Shown: piece after piece, positions 25,567 through 35,652 of the stretch
Layout: the number at the start of each line of letters is the position of its first letter
Position numbering within the stretch: position 1 is the first letter of the stretch
NCBI GenBank assembly: GCA_946538425.1
Contig: CAMNGM010000001.1
Coordinates: 1 to 61,043 of the forward strand
Direction: 5' to 3'
Length of the DNA stretch: 61,043 nucleotides
Origin: an uncultured Bacteroidales bacterium
GTDB lineage: Bacteria > Bacteroidota > Bacteroidia > Bacteroidales > UBA932
Notes under the pieces: model-generated
Seen by the model: only the letters and a program-made list of their open reading frames with translations
Database searches by the model: none
What the model was told of the DNA's origin: nothing
Program-made: the position numbers and the translations under genes

Positions 25567-27594
25567 ATGCGCAAATATCTTTTCTGGGCCCTGACCGGGC
25601 TCCTCGCCTCCGCTTGCAGCCAGCCTGTGCCCGTGGCGCAGGACGGCACCGACCTCTGGCTTGCGGCCGGCCGTTCCTATGACGAAGTCCTCGCCTCCGT
25701 GGCGGCGGGCATCGACCCCGCCCTCCCGGCGGAAGGCTATCACATCTACGACGCGGACGGCGTCCGGCACGTCGACGGCGGCTCCGAGGCGGGCCTCCGC
25801 TACGGCGTCTATGCCCTCAAGCGCGCGGAAGTGCTGGGGCAGGCCGGCCCGGGTATGGACCTGCAGGAGAAGCCTTTCTACGACCTCCGCCTGCTGAATC
25901 ACTGGGATAACCTGGATGACACCGTGGAACGCGGTTATGCGGGTATGTCCATGTGGGAGTGGACCGCTCCGGATATCCCGGTTGAGCGCATCCACCATTA
26001 CGGCAAGCTTTGCGCTTCCGTGGGCCTGAACGGCGCCGTGCTGAACAACGTGAACGCCAATCCGCTGATCCTGGATGCGGAGCACATCGCCCGCGTGGCG
26101 AAGATCGCGGACATCCTCCGCGAATACGGCGTCAAGACCTACCTGTCCATCAAATGGACCAGCCCCATCGCGCTCTCCGGCCTGAAGAGCGGCGACCCGC
26201 TGGACCCGAAGGTGCGGCAGTGGTGGAAGGACAAGGCCGCGGAGATCTACGCCGCGATCCCGGACTTCGGCGGCTTCCTGGTGAAGGCCAATTCCGAAGG
26301 CCAGGCCGGTCCGCAGGACTACGGCCGGACGCACGCGGACGGGGCCAACATGCTGGCCGAGGCCGTCGCGCCCTACGGCGGCATCGTGATGTGGCGCGCC
26401 TTCGTGTACGCGCCCACGAGCCCCGACCGGGCGAACCAGGCCGTGGAGGAGTTCCTCCCCCTGGACGGCCAGTTTGCGGACAACGTGATCGTCCAGATCA
26501 AGAACGGCCCGGTGGACTTCCAGCCGCGCGAGCCCTTCAGCCCGCTGTTCGGCAAGCTGGAGAATACCAAGATGATGATGGAGTTCCAGGTCACGCAGGA
26601 ATACCTGGGCTTCTCCAACCACCTGGCCTTCCACGGCACCACCTGGGAGGAATGCCTCCAGGCCGATACGTACCAGCACGGTGCGGGCTCGCCCGTGTAT
26701 AAGAACCTCACGGGCATCGCCGGTGTCGCGAACACGGGCCAGGATCCCAATTTCTGCGGCTACGTGTTCGCCCAGGCCAACTGGTACGCCTACGGCCGTC
26801 TCGCCTGGAACCCGACCCTGAGCGCGGAGCAGATTGCCGACGAATGGGTCCGCCAGACGTTCCTGAAGCCGGAAGGAATGAAGGATGCCGCTTTCGCCAA
26901 GAAGTTCGTGGAGCCGGTGAAGGGGATTCTGATGGCTTCCCGCGAGGCCGTGGTGGATTATGAGATGCCACTGGGCCTGCATCACTTGTTCGGCGGGACG
27001 CACTACGGGCCTATGCCGTGGGACCGGGGCGCCCGTCCCGACTGGACGCCGGCCTACTACCACAAGGCGGACAGCGCGGGCATCGGCTTCGACCGCACCC
27101 GCACGGGCTCCGACAACGTGGACCAGTACAACGAGCCGCTGGCATCGACCTATAACAACCTGGAAACCTGCCCGGAGAACCTCCTGCTGTGGTTCCACCA
27201 CCTGCCCTGGGACTACAAGCTGTCGTCCGGGAAGGACCTGTGGGACGAGATCTGCCTGCATTACGACCGCGGCATCAAGACCGTGGAGGGCTTCCGCGCC
27301 ACCTGGAATGAGCTGAAGCCATACGTGAGCCCCGTCCTCTGGGCGGAGGCCGAGCGGAAGCTCACGATTCAGGCCAGCGACGCCCGCTGGTGGCGCGACG
27401 CCTGCGTGGGCTATTTCCAGACTTTCTCCGGCCGTCCGCTGCCCGCGGGCGTGGAGCCGCTGAGAACCCCCATCGACTCGCTCCTGTTCCGCAGCATCCA
27501 GTCCGACCGGCTGGGGATGCCGCAGCACGATGAGGCGGGCGACCCGATCATCGTCAAACCGAGACGTTTCCCCAGAAGACCTCCCCAGCGATGA
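25567..27594 (+). CDS. aguA: GH67 alpha-glucuronidase, predicted lipoprotein
   Basis: LRLLNHWDNLD.TVERGYAG, NNVNA, DPLDP.V..WW, GGFLVKANSEGQ, KNGPVDFQPREP, EFQVTQEYLG, HYGP, LLLWFHH, WRDAC..YF; lipobox ASAC. Confidence 0.95.
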   Translation: MRKYLFWALTGLLASACSQPVPVAQDGTDLWLAAGRSYDEVLASVAAGIDPALPAEGYHIYDADGVRHVDGGSEAGLRYGVYALKRAEVLGQAGPGMDLQEKPFYDLRLLNHWDNLDDTVERGYAGMSMWEWTAPDIPVERIHHYGKLCASVGLNGAVLNNVNANPLILDAEHIARVAKIADILREYGVKTYLSIKWTSPIALSGLKSGDPLDPKVRQWWKDKAAEIYAAIPDFGGFLVKANSEGQAGPQDYGRTHADGANMLAEAVAPYGGIVMWRAFVYAPTSPDRANQAVEEFLPLDGQFADNVIVQIKNGPVDFQPREPFSPLFGKLENTKMMMEFQVTQEYLGFSNHLAFHGTTWEECLQADTYQHGAGSPVYKNLTGIAGVANTGQDPNFCGYVFAQANWYAYGRLAWNPTLSAEQIADEWVRQTFLKPEGMKDAAFAKKFVEPVKGILMASREAVVDYEMPLGLHHLFGGTHYGPMPWDRGARPDWTPAYYHKADSAGIGFDRTRTGSDNVDQYNEPLASTYNNLETCPENLLLWFHHLPWDYKLSSGKDLWDEICLHYDRGIKTVEGFRATWNELKPYVSPVLWAEAERKLTIQASDARWWRDACVGYFQTFSGRPLPAGVEPLRTPIDSLLFRSIQSDRLGMPQHDEAGDPIIVKPRRFPRRPPQR

Positions 27595-28787
27595 AAAGAT
27601 TCCTGCTCGTGCTCGCCCTCGCGGCGGGCCTGACCCCCGCTTTCGCGCAGACGCGCGACTGGGTCACCACCTGGGCCACGGCCCTGCAGATCGCCGAACC
27701 GCACAACCGTCCGCCGGAGCCCGGCCTCGCCGGGAACTCCTTCCGGCAGATCGTGCAGGTGTCCATCGGCGGAAAAGCCCTCCGGCTGCACCTGTCGAAC
27801 CTGTTCAACGCGGATCCGACGGACATCCTGGGCGTGGAAATCGCCGTGGCCAGGACGATGGGCGCGACCCCTGAAATCGACGAGGCGACGACCGTCAAAC
27901 TGTCGTTCGACGGCCATCCGTCCGTGACGATGGCCCCCGGCGCTTCCGTCGTGTCCGACCCGGTCGCCTTCCCGCTGGAGGAGCGGATGAACCTCGCGAT
28001 CACCATCCATTACGGGCGCATCTCGTCGACCCTCCTCACGAGCCATCCGGGTTCCCGGACCACATCCTACATCGCCGACGGCTACACGACGGATTTCTCC
28101 GCGCCGGTCGCGAAGACGGACCATTGGTACACGATCAGTTCCATCGACGTGAAGCCGCGCCGGCGGAGCGCCGCGATCGCCGTCCTGGGTGATTCCATCA
28201 CCGACGGCCGCGGCACGACGACGAACGGCCAGGACCGCTGGACGGACCAGCTTTCCCGCTCCCTCCTCTCCGATCCCGCCACACGGAACCTCTCCGTGCT
28301 GAACTTCGGCCTGGGCGGCAACTGCATCCTCCGCGGCGGCCTCGGCCCCACGGGCGAGAGCCGTTACGTCCGCGACCTCTTCTGCCACCCCGGCGTCAAG
28401 TACATCATCCTCTTCGAGGGGACGAACGACATCGGTACCTCCCGCGGCAACGCCATGGCTACCGCCGAGGGTATCAAGGAGGTATGGACCCGGATCGTCC
28501 GGGAGGCCCACGAGCGGGGCATCAAGGTCTTCGGCGCCACCGTCACGCCCGTCAAAGGCAACGGCTACTACTCCCCGGACCACGAAGCCGGGCGCACCGC
28601 CTTGAACGAATGGATCCGCACCAGCGGCGTCTTCGACGGCGTAATCGACTTCGACCGTCTGGTCGCCGATCCCGCCCAGCCGGACCGCCTGGACCCCGCC
28701 TTCCTCTACCAGAACGACTGGCTCCACCTGAACGCCAAAGGGTACGAGAAGATGGGCTGGGGCATCGACCGGGGCCTGTTCCGGTAA
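27591..28787 (+). CDS. SGNH/GDSL hydrolase, probable acetyl xylan esterase
   Basis: Signal peptide; WVTTWATA; block I LGDSITDG, block II N.GLGGN, block III EGTNDIG, block V DWLHLN; ATGA overlap with GH67. Confidence 0.85.
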   Translation: MKRFLLVLALAAGLTPAFAQTRDWVTTWATALQIAEPHNRPPEPGLAGNSFRQIVQVSIGGKALRLHLSNLFNADPTDILGVEIAVARTMGATPEIDEATTVKLSFDGHPSVTMAPGASVVSDPVAFPLEERMNLAITIHYGRISSTLLTSHPGSRTTSYIADGYTTDFSAPVAKTDHWYTISSIDVKPRRRSAAIAVLGDSITDGRGTTTNGQDRWTDQLSRSLLSDPATRNLSVLNFGLGGNCILRGGLGPTGESRYVRDLFCHPGVKYIILFEGTNDIGTSRGNAMATAEGIKEVWTRIVREAHERGIKVFGATVTPVKGNGYYSPDHEAGRTALNEWIRTSGVFDGVIDFDRLVADPAQPDRLDPAFLYQNDWLHLNAKGYEKMGWGIDRGLFR

Positions 28788-28826
28788 ATCCCTCGGCTTT
28801 TTCGGCTTTCCCCGGCCGAAAGTGCC

Positions 28827-28909
28827 GATGGTGGTCCAAGCGGTGGACCACCTTGAGCGAAAAAGGGGGGAAAAACGAAGATGGTGGTCCAGGTCATGGA
28901 CCACCATCT
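28827..28909. repeat. Two related palindromic (REP-like) elements between convergent genes; possible bidirectional terminator
   Basis: gatGGTGGTCCA-agcgg-TGGACCACC (28827-28852) and AGATGGTGGTCCA-ggtca-TGGACCACCATCT (28879-28909). Confidence 0.7.
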
Positions 28910-28935
28910 GCATTTAGGAGATTCGGGACCGAGGC

Positions 28936-31464
28936 TTACTTCGCCTGGGTGTTCCGGAAGGTTTCGCCGAAGATCAGGTAGCCGACGTTGCCGGCGATGG
29001 TGCCTTCGTTCTGGCCCCAGAGGAACGGCCAGTCGTCGTAGTTCTCGAAGTGGTCAGGCTGGCGGAACAGCAGGCCGGGGGCCATGTTGCCGGGGATGAA
29101 GGAGAAGTCCGCGCGGTTGTTTCCGTAGAAGACCTGCTTCGGGCGGGCGGCGCCGACCGCAGCGACCCAGGAGTAGTTGTGGTACGGGTGGCAGCCGTAC
29201 AGCCAGGACGGGGCCTTGTAGATGTGCTCCTTGCCGATGATGTCCGGATAGTGCCGGTGCGCGTTGCACACGGTGGTGCCGAAGCCCGTCACCTGGCCGC
29301 CGCCGGCCCAGTTGCCCAGGCCGATGGGCACGCCGTAAGGATTCTGCTTCTCGAGATCCAGGATGTAGTCGCGATACTGCTCCACATACGGGCGGAGTTT
29401 CTCCTTATAGGCCTCGTCCATATACGGGACGGCATCCAGGGCTGCGCTGATGGCGCCCATCGGCATCCGCTCGAGGGCGGGCCAGACGGCGGCCGTGAAC
29501 TGATCCAGATATTTCGGATCCTTGGTGGAGACATAGAGCTGGAGCGCCGTGGAGAAGCTGCCGCCCTGGTTCATCCGGCGGCGGTTGCGGCTGCTGGTAT
29601 CGGCCGCCATCAGCTTCGTCGCCTCCTCGTCCAGGCGGATGGACTGCTTCAGGGCGCGCTGCGCGAGGTTCGGATTCTTTTCCGCCAAGACGCGGCTGGC
29701 GGCCGCGAACATCGTCGCCGCCTGCAGGTCCAGACCCGGATTGCGGCTCGTGAAGGCCCACATATCGTCGGGGGTGCCGCTGGACTTGCCGTCCGCCGAC
29801 TTCTGGTACGGCTTCAGGCGCGGGTCGTAGTGCAGGCCGTCCGTGATGCCGGATGCATCGCCCAGGTGGTGGTAGTTGTCCAGGACGGAATTCGAGAGGG
29901 TCTGGGCCATATGGCCGATCTGCTCGGCCTGGGCCACGAGGTTCAGGACGCCGTGCTCGATGTACTGGAGGATATCCGGCGTTCCGTCAGGCCGATGGAG
30001 CTCCACGTAGCGCTGCTCCTCGCTGACGAAGGTCTCGTCCCGCTCGGAACGGAACTGCTCCCACAGGGTGATGAGGTTCATCACCACGCTGATGTTGGAG
30101 CCCGTCTCGATGTCGAAGTCGCCGGCGTCGAAGTAACCGCCCACGTTCAGGCCGGGGATGAGTTCCAGCGCCTTGTACTTGGTATCGGTGGTCGGACCCT
30201 GCCAGTGCAGGTCGAAGTGGTCCGTCGACGGCGGAGCCTGCAGGTAGCCTTCCTTGAACGGCTCGCCGTGCCAGAGGCGATAGGCCTCGTGGACGGCCAT
30301 GTGGTTCATATGGACGGGAATCCAGACGTCGCTCGTCGCCACGGTGATCTTGTCATAGACGGTCGGGTCGATGATGAAGTTCCCCGTCCGGGTGTCGCCG
30401 TACTTCAGGAAATAGACGCCCGGCTCCTTGAGCGCGGAGAAGTCGAACTTCGCGTAGTTGTACTTGTAGAACTCGCCCCAGACTTTCACGGGACCGGAGA
30501 AAGCCTCCTTCTCGGAGCCGTCGGCAGCGACCTTCCAGACGGAAGCCTTCGACTGCACCTTGTCTTTCTTGTCCAGCTCGATGACCGCGACCTTGGGCTG
30601 GTCGGGGACATAGCCCATTTGGGAGAAGCCCACGTTCGGCTCCCGGATCCAGCCCGGGACGGCGTTCGGCTCCACGGTCCAGCTGACGACCTTGCCCGTC
30701 TGGCCGGCCGGCAGGACGGTCCGGAGGACATACCAGCCGTTTTGCGCGAGCATCCGGCCGTCATAGAGCCGGATCTCGTTCTCGCTGGTGACCTTCACCA
30801 TCCGCTGCGGGTCATCCGGGGCGAGGAGGAACTCGTGGCCGGCGCTGAGCGGCAGCGGCTCGATGAACTCGCCGGTACCGCGGTCGTCATACGTCCGGTA
30901 CCCCTTGAACTGGCGCACCTTCTCTTCGTTGGGCCGCACCTTGGTGTCGCTCACCGCGTAGCGCGGGAAACGGTAGGGCTTGCCGTCCACGAGATAGGCC
31001 TTGTTCCAGTACTGCGAGGGCAGGAATTCCAGGTTGAAGCCCGCTTCGCCCGCGAGCGCCTCGGGAACCGGCTTGTCCAGATAGACGGAGATTTCCACCG
31101 CCTTGCCCTTGGGCTCCACGACGACGCGGGAGTCGAAGTCGTACCAGTCGTAGCGCATACCCACCTCGATGGTCTGCGCAAGGGTGTCGACGGTACGCGA
31201 GGTCATCGTGGGCACGAGATCCCACTGCTCGGGCGTGACATTCAGGCGGACGGCGCCGCCCTGGACGGTCCGCACCCCGTGATGGACGATTTCGATGCCG
31301 GAATCCTTCTCGTCATTGAATCCACCGCTGAAGGGGTTGCTGAACACGAGGACATTGACCCCCTGGCGTTCGAAGTAGCCAAGGTCGTTCAATTTCAGGT
31401 CCGGAGCTTCGCTCTGGCAAGCCGCCGCCAGGAGGATGGCGGCCAAAAGGGAGTATCGCTTCAT
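28936..31464 (-). CDS. Glycoside hydrolase family 9 lipoprotein (N-terminal extension + Ig-like + (alpha/alpha)6 barrel)
   Basis: Start MKRYSLL..LAAAC lipobox; Ig-like SQMGY.P.QPKVAV..AKFDFS.LKEPG.Y; GGYFDAGD; WLYGCHP..SWV; C-terminal NE.TI. Confidence 0.85.
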   Translation of the reverse strand: MKRYSLLAAILLAAACQSEAPDLKLNDLGYFERQGVNVLVFSNPFSGGFNDEKDSGIEIVHHGVRTVQGGAVRLNVTPEQWDLVPTMTSRTVDTLAQTIEVGMRYDWYDFDSRVVVEPKGKAVEISVYLDKPVPEALAGEAGFNLEFLPSQYWNKAYLVDGKPYRFPRYAVSDTKVRPNEEKVRQFKGYRTYDDRGTGEFIEPLPLSAGHEFLLAPDDPQRMVKVTSENEIRLYDGRMLAQNGWYVLRTVLPAGQTGKVVSWTVEPNAVPGWIREPNVGFSQMGYVPDQPKVAVIELDKKDKVQSKASVWKVAADGSEKEAFSGPVKVWGEFYKYNYAKFDFSALKEPGVYFLKYGDTRTGNFIIDPTVYDKITVATSDVWIPVHMNHMAVHEAYRLWHGEPFKEGYLQAPPSTDHFDLHWQGPTTDTKYKALELIPGLNVGGYFDAGDFDIETGSNISVVMNLITLWEQFRSERDETFVSEEQRYVELHRPDGTPDILQYIEHGVLNLVAQAEQIGHMAQTLSNSVLDNYHHLGDASGITDGLHYDPRLKPYQKSADGKSSGTPDDMWAFTSRNPGLDLQAATMFAAASRVLAEKNPNLAQRALKQSIRLDEEATKLMAADTSSRNRRRMNQGGSFSTALQLYVSTKDPKYLDQFTAAVWPALERMPMGAISAALDAVPYMDEAYKEKLRPYVEQYRDYILDLEKQNPYGVPIGLGNWAGGGQVTGFGTTVCNAHRHYPDIIGKEHIYKAPSWLYGCHPYHNYSWVAAVGAARPKQVFYGNNRADFSFIPGNMAPGLLFRQPDHFENYDDWPFLWGQNEGTIAGNVGYLIFGETFRNTQAK

Positions 31465-31511
31465 GGGTTTTGGTGTTATTGACACGAAGATATGTAAAAA
31501 ATGTCAAATAA

Positions 31512-34500
31512 TCAACCCTTTAACCCCTTGACGAAGGCGGAAGGGGATACATTGAACTGTTTCTGGAAGCAGGTGGCGAAATAGGACGGCGAGGAGAAGC
31601 CGGTCATATAGGCCACCTCGCTGACCCGGTATTTCTGGCTGGAGAGCATCTCGGCGGCCTTTTTGAGGCGGCTCACGCGGATGTATTCGTTGATGTTGAG
31701 GCCCGTGTTCGCCGTCACCTTGCGGTACAGCGTGGATTTGCTCGTGCCCAGTTCGGTGGTGAGCGTCTCGATGTTCAGGTCGGGTTCCGCGAGGTGCTTC
31801 ATCACGATGTCGTGGAGCCGTTCCATGAATTCCTGGTCCATGCCGCCCGTCACCATCGAGTTGAAGTGGGTGAGCGGCGACTGGGTGAACTGGCGGTTCG
31901 CGATCTCCCGGTTCTTGAACAGGTTCGCGATGTTCGCCAGGAGCAGCTCGATGGCGAACGGCTTCTCGATGTAGCCGTCGGCGCCGGCCTGGAGCGTCTC
32001 GATGCGGGTCTCCATCCCCACGGCCGCGGTCAGGAGGATGACCGGGATGTGGCAGTATTCGGTGGTGGACTTGATCCGGTTGCACAGGGCCACGCCGTCG
32101 ATCCCCGGCATCATGATGTCGCTCACGACGAGGTCGATGCGTTGCTTTTCGACCAGCTGCAGGGCGTCTTCGCCGTTGGCGGCCACCAGGACGTTGTACT
32201 GCTCCGACAGTTCTTTGGCAAGGTATCCCCGCATCTCCGGGTCGTCTTCCACCACGAGGACAGTGTGATGGAGATTGTCGATGGCGGCGGGCATCTCCTC
32301 GCTTTCCTCTTTTTCGCGGACGGACGGGAGTTCAACCGTCGTTTCCTGATGCACAGGCAGTTCCAGCACGAAGGAATTGAAATCCGGGACGGAGCGGTCC
32401 AGCGTGAGGGTGCCGCCGTGCAGGGCCGCGAGACTCCGGGCGTAGGGAAGGCCGAGCCCGGTCCCCTTGCCCTGCCGGGCGAGGCTGCCCTGGTAGAATT
32501 TCTCGAAGATATGGTCGGCGTCCTCTTCCAGGATCCGCTCGCCGTTGCTGTCCACGCGGACGCGGACGCGCTCGCCGTCTGGCAGTGACTCCAGCGCTAC
32601 GCGGACGTGTCCGTTTCCGTACTTGCAGGCGTTGGAAAGCAGGTTTCCGACAATCTTCTCCACCATTTCTCCCGCGCAGTCCACCACGAAAGGCGTCTCC
32701 GGCAGGGAAACGTCCATCTGGATGTGCTGGTCCATCGCCACCGGGACGAACCGGTCGCAGGTCTTCCGGACGAGGGCGGCGAGGTCGTTCGGGAGGAACG
32801 TGGGCTTCACCTCCATCTTTTCCATCTTCCGGAGGTCCAGGAGCTGGTTCGTCAGGCTCAGGAGGCGCTCGGCGTTGGCCTGCATCGTGAGGAGTTCCTG
32901 CCGGTTGCTCTCCGTGTAGTTCCCGCTGGAAATGATCTTGTCCAGCGGCATCTTGATCAGGGACAGCGGGGTGCGGATCTCGTGGGTGATGTTCGTGAAG
33001 AAGTTGATCTTCGCGTCGTACAGTTCCTTCTGCTGCTCGGTCTGGAGCTTCTCCACCTGCCGTGTCATCCGCATCTGGCGGATATGGTCCCATTGCTGCG
33101 CCAGGATTCCCAGGACCAGGAGGGCCGCCAGGGCGTAGAGGATGAAGGCGGCGACGGACCGGTACAGGGGCGGGCGGATTTCGATGTCCAGGACCCGGTA
33201 GGCTTCCCGGCGGTTGCCCACGCCGTTCACGCGGAATTGGTATTTTCCGGGCGCGAGGTCCGTGTAGGTGGTCTCGCCGCTGGAGGTGAAACTCTGGATG
33301 GACCGTCGCTTGCCTGCCAGGACCGTCTGGAACATCCCGGTGCGCGAAGACTGGAAATCCGGGGCGGCATACCGGATGGTCAGCGAGGAAAGGTCCTTGT
33401 AGCGGAGGCGGATCTTCTCGGTGTGGAGGGTGGATTTCCCTTCCTGGGTGACGGAGAAAGGCCCGGAAGGGCCGATGGCGGAAATCTCGGTGATGAACAG
33501 TTTCAGCGGCGCCCGGTTCGTGCGTTCGGGCGGAGTGAACCCGACCAGGCCGCGGCTCGTTCCGAAATACAGCCGGCCGCTGGAGGTGGAGCACGCGGAG
33601 CCGTAGGAATACTGGTTCATCGTGTCCCCGTGTTCCTCCTGGTAGATTTCCCGGATGGACAAGTCCTCGGGATCGAGCTTCACGATGCCGTGGGTGGTGG
33701 TCAGCCAGAGCACCTGGTCCAGGTCTTCCACGAGACAGCAGGTGATGGAGGAGGGAAGTCCGTTGCGGCGGGAAAGGGACCGGAACCGGAAGTTCCCGGA
33801 GGCGATTTCGTCCATCCCGGCGAAACAGGCGCCGCCCGTTTCCGTGAGTACCCACAGCCGGTGGCGGCTGTCTTCCCGGATGCTGGTGATATAGTCGGAG
33901 GTGAGCCCGAACTCCTTGTCATTCAGGGTAATATGCTTATAGGAACCGTCTTTGCCCGTCCACAGTCCGTTCCCGTAGGTGCCCACCCAGAGGTTGCCCC
34001 GGGAATCCTCATACATGGCGTGGATGAAACTGCTGCCGAATTCCGGGCAGGACTGGAAGCGGTCTGCTGTCCGGTCATACCGGTACATACCGGAGGTCGT
34101 TCCCAGATAGATATCACCGGAGCGGGTGCCGGCAATCGATGCGGCAGACAGCTCGGAGAGATAGGTCTTGCGGATTTTCCGGCTCGGGAAATCCATCCGG
34201 TAGACGCCGTTCCCGAAGGTGGCGATCCAGAGGTCGTTTCCATCCAGGCAGAGGCCCTGGATATTGAGGGGGGCGCCGCCCGGTCCGGGGAAGGTCAGAT
34301 CCTCGATGGAATTGTCCGCGAGGTTCAGCAGGGTCAGGCCACCGTCTTCGGCGCCGGCCAGGATGTGGCTGTCATCGACCGCTACGACCGGACGGATCAT
34401 GTCTCCAGGGAGGTCTCCGCCGGAGCGGCGGCCGAGATGCCGGGAAACGAGGCTCCGGGGGTTGCGGTGCAAGGACAGGCCGTTGTAGAACATGCCCGCC

Positions 34501-35414
34501 CAGAGGTTCCCCTGGCGGTCCATGAGCATGGACCAGATGTCCTCGCCGGCGATGGAGTCCGGATCCGACCGGTCGTGGGTGAATACCTGGCGCCGGTCTC
34601 CATCCACCAGGACGATGCCATGGTCCGTGCCCAGCCAGCACCGCCCGTCGCTTTCGGGGACGATGCACCGGATTTCGCCGTTGTCGGTCTGGTACAGGGG
34701 CGTGGTGGCGTGGGTGAGAATGTCGGTTCGGAGGACGATGCCGCCGGGGGCGGAAGAAAGGATGTGGCCCGCGCCGTCCGAGACGATGTCCTGCCGGGAG
34801 AACCGTTCTCCGGCCCCGCGGTGGATCTGCTCAAAACTGCTGCTGATGGTGTTGAAGCGGTACAGGTCGCCGGCGGTGGACAGGAACCAGATGCTGCCGT
34901 TGCTGTCGGCTTCGACCGTGTTGCTGTGGAACTGGGCTTCCGGGGAGAAATCCATCAGGATTTCACGGACAGGGTCCCAGCAGAAGATGTCCTCGTTGGC
35001 GAACCAGACCATTCCGTTGCGGTCCACGGCGATGTCCGCCGCGCCGACCTGGTTGCCGGAGAGGTTGCGCCGGATCGTCCGCGTCTGCCCGGTGTTCAGG
35101 TCGTGGAAGCCGATGCCGCGGGTGGTGATGAACCACAGGCGGTGCTGCGGGTCCTCCGCCAGGCTCATCGCCAGGCAGCCCAGGATGTCGCAGGACGGGT
35201 CCTCCAGCGGCTTGAAGTGAAGGCCGTCATACATGCAGATGCCCTCGCGCGTACATAACCAGATCAGTCCGTCGCTGTCCTGGTAGATGGCGCGGACCGA
35301 GTTGTCGGGAAGGCCGTCGTCGGTCGAGAAATTCCGGAACTGGGTATGGAAGTTCTGCGTCCATCCGGGGAGGACGGACCAGAGAAGAAGGGCAAACAGA
35401 ATCGCTTTTTTCAT
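31512..35414 (-). CDS. Hybrid two-component sensor kinase/response regulator (HTCS 2)
   Basis: Start MKKAILF; FSTDDGLPDNSV propeller repeats; Y_Y_Y domain; FFTNITHEIRTPLSLI; NLLSNACKY; GTGLGL; DIMMP; EVAYMTGFSSPSYF. Confidence 0.95.
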   Translation of the reverse strand: MKKAILFALLLWSVLPGWTQNFHTQFRNFSTDDGLPDNSVRAIYQDSDGLIWLCTREGICMYDGLHFKPLEDPSCDILGCLAMSLAEDPQHRLWFITTRGIGFHDLNTGQTRTIRRNLSGNQVGAADIAVDRNGMVWFANEDIFCWDPVREILMDFSPEAQFHSNTVEADSNGSIWFLSTAGDLYRFNTISSSFEQIHRGAGERFSRQDIVSDGAGHILSSAPGGIVLRTDILTHATTPLYQTDNGEIRCIVPESDGRCWLGTDHGIVLVDGDRRQVFTHDRSDPDSIAGEDIWSMLMDRQGNLWAGMFYNGLSLHRNPRSLVSRHLGRRSGGDLPGDMIRPVVAVDDSHILAGAEDGGLTLLNLADNSIEDLTFPGPGGAPLNIQGLCLDGNDLWIATFGNGVYRMDFPSRKIRKTYLSELSAASIAGTRSGDIYLGTTSGMYRYDRTADRFQSCPEFGSSFIHAMYEDSRGNLWVGTYGNGLWTGKDGSYKHITLNDKEFGLTSDYITSIREDSRHRLWVLTETGGACFAGMDEIASGNFRFRSLSRRNGLPSSITCCLVEDLDQVLWLTTTHGIVKLDPEDLSIREIYQEEHGDTMNQYSYGSACSTSSGRLYFGTSRGLVGFTPPERTNRAPLKLFITEISAIGPSGPFSVTQEGKSTLHTEKIRLRYKDLSSLTIRYAAPDFQSSRTGMFQTVLAGKRRSIQSFTSSGETTYTDLAPGKYQFRVNGVGNRREAYRVLDIEIRPPLYRSVAAFILYALAALLVLGILAQQWDHIRQMRMTRQVEKLQTEQQKELYDAKINFFTNITHEIRTPLSLIKMPLDKIISSGNYTESNRQELLTMQANAERLLSLTNQLLDLRKMEKMEVKPTFLPNDLAALVRKTCDRFVPVAMDQHIQMDVSLPETPFVVDCAGEMVEKIVGNLLSNACKYGNGHVRVALESLPDGERVRVRVDSNGERILEEDADHIFEKFYQGSLARQGKGTGLGLPYARSLAALHGGTLTLDRSVPDFNSFVLELPVHQETTVELPSVREKEESEEMPAAIDNLHHTVLVVEDDPEMRGYLAKELSEQYNVLVAANGEDALQLVEKQRIDLVVSDIMMPGIDGVALCNRIKSTTEYCHIPVILLTAAVGMETRIETLQAGADGYIEKPFAIELLLANIANLFKNREIANRQFTQSPLTHFNSMVTGGMDQEFMERLHDIVMKHLAEPDLNIETLTTELGTSKSTLYRKVTANTGLNINEYIRVSRLKKAAEMLSSQKYRVSEVAYMTGFSSPSYFATCFQKQFNVSPSAFVKGLKG

Positions 35415-35580
35415 TATTCGTTCTTTGACGATGCAAGGTAGCAAAAATAACTTTTAAAATCCATTCATAGGATGTTAAAAATCTTCCAAAAGCCACCCTC
35501 CGGGTGCAAAATGATTGAGAATTGATTGATTTGTTTCCGAATTCGGTCGCGTTTTGAAAGGTTTCGCCTTTATAAAAGGG

Positions 35581-35588
35581 TACATTTG
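35581..35588 (+). promoter_or_regulatory. -7 element for susC2 operon
   Basis: TACATTTG, 64 nt upstream of ATG 35653; TGATTGA direct repeat (35512, 35523) further upstream. Confidence 0.6.
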
Positions 35589-35652
35589 TCTCCGGCTGCA
35601 TAGCACAAAACTGTTTAACCATAAACATCTAACCAACCAAAACAACGCTTTT

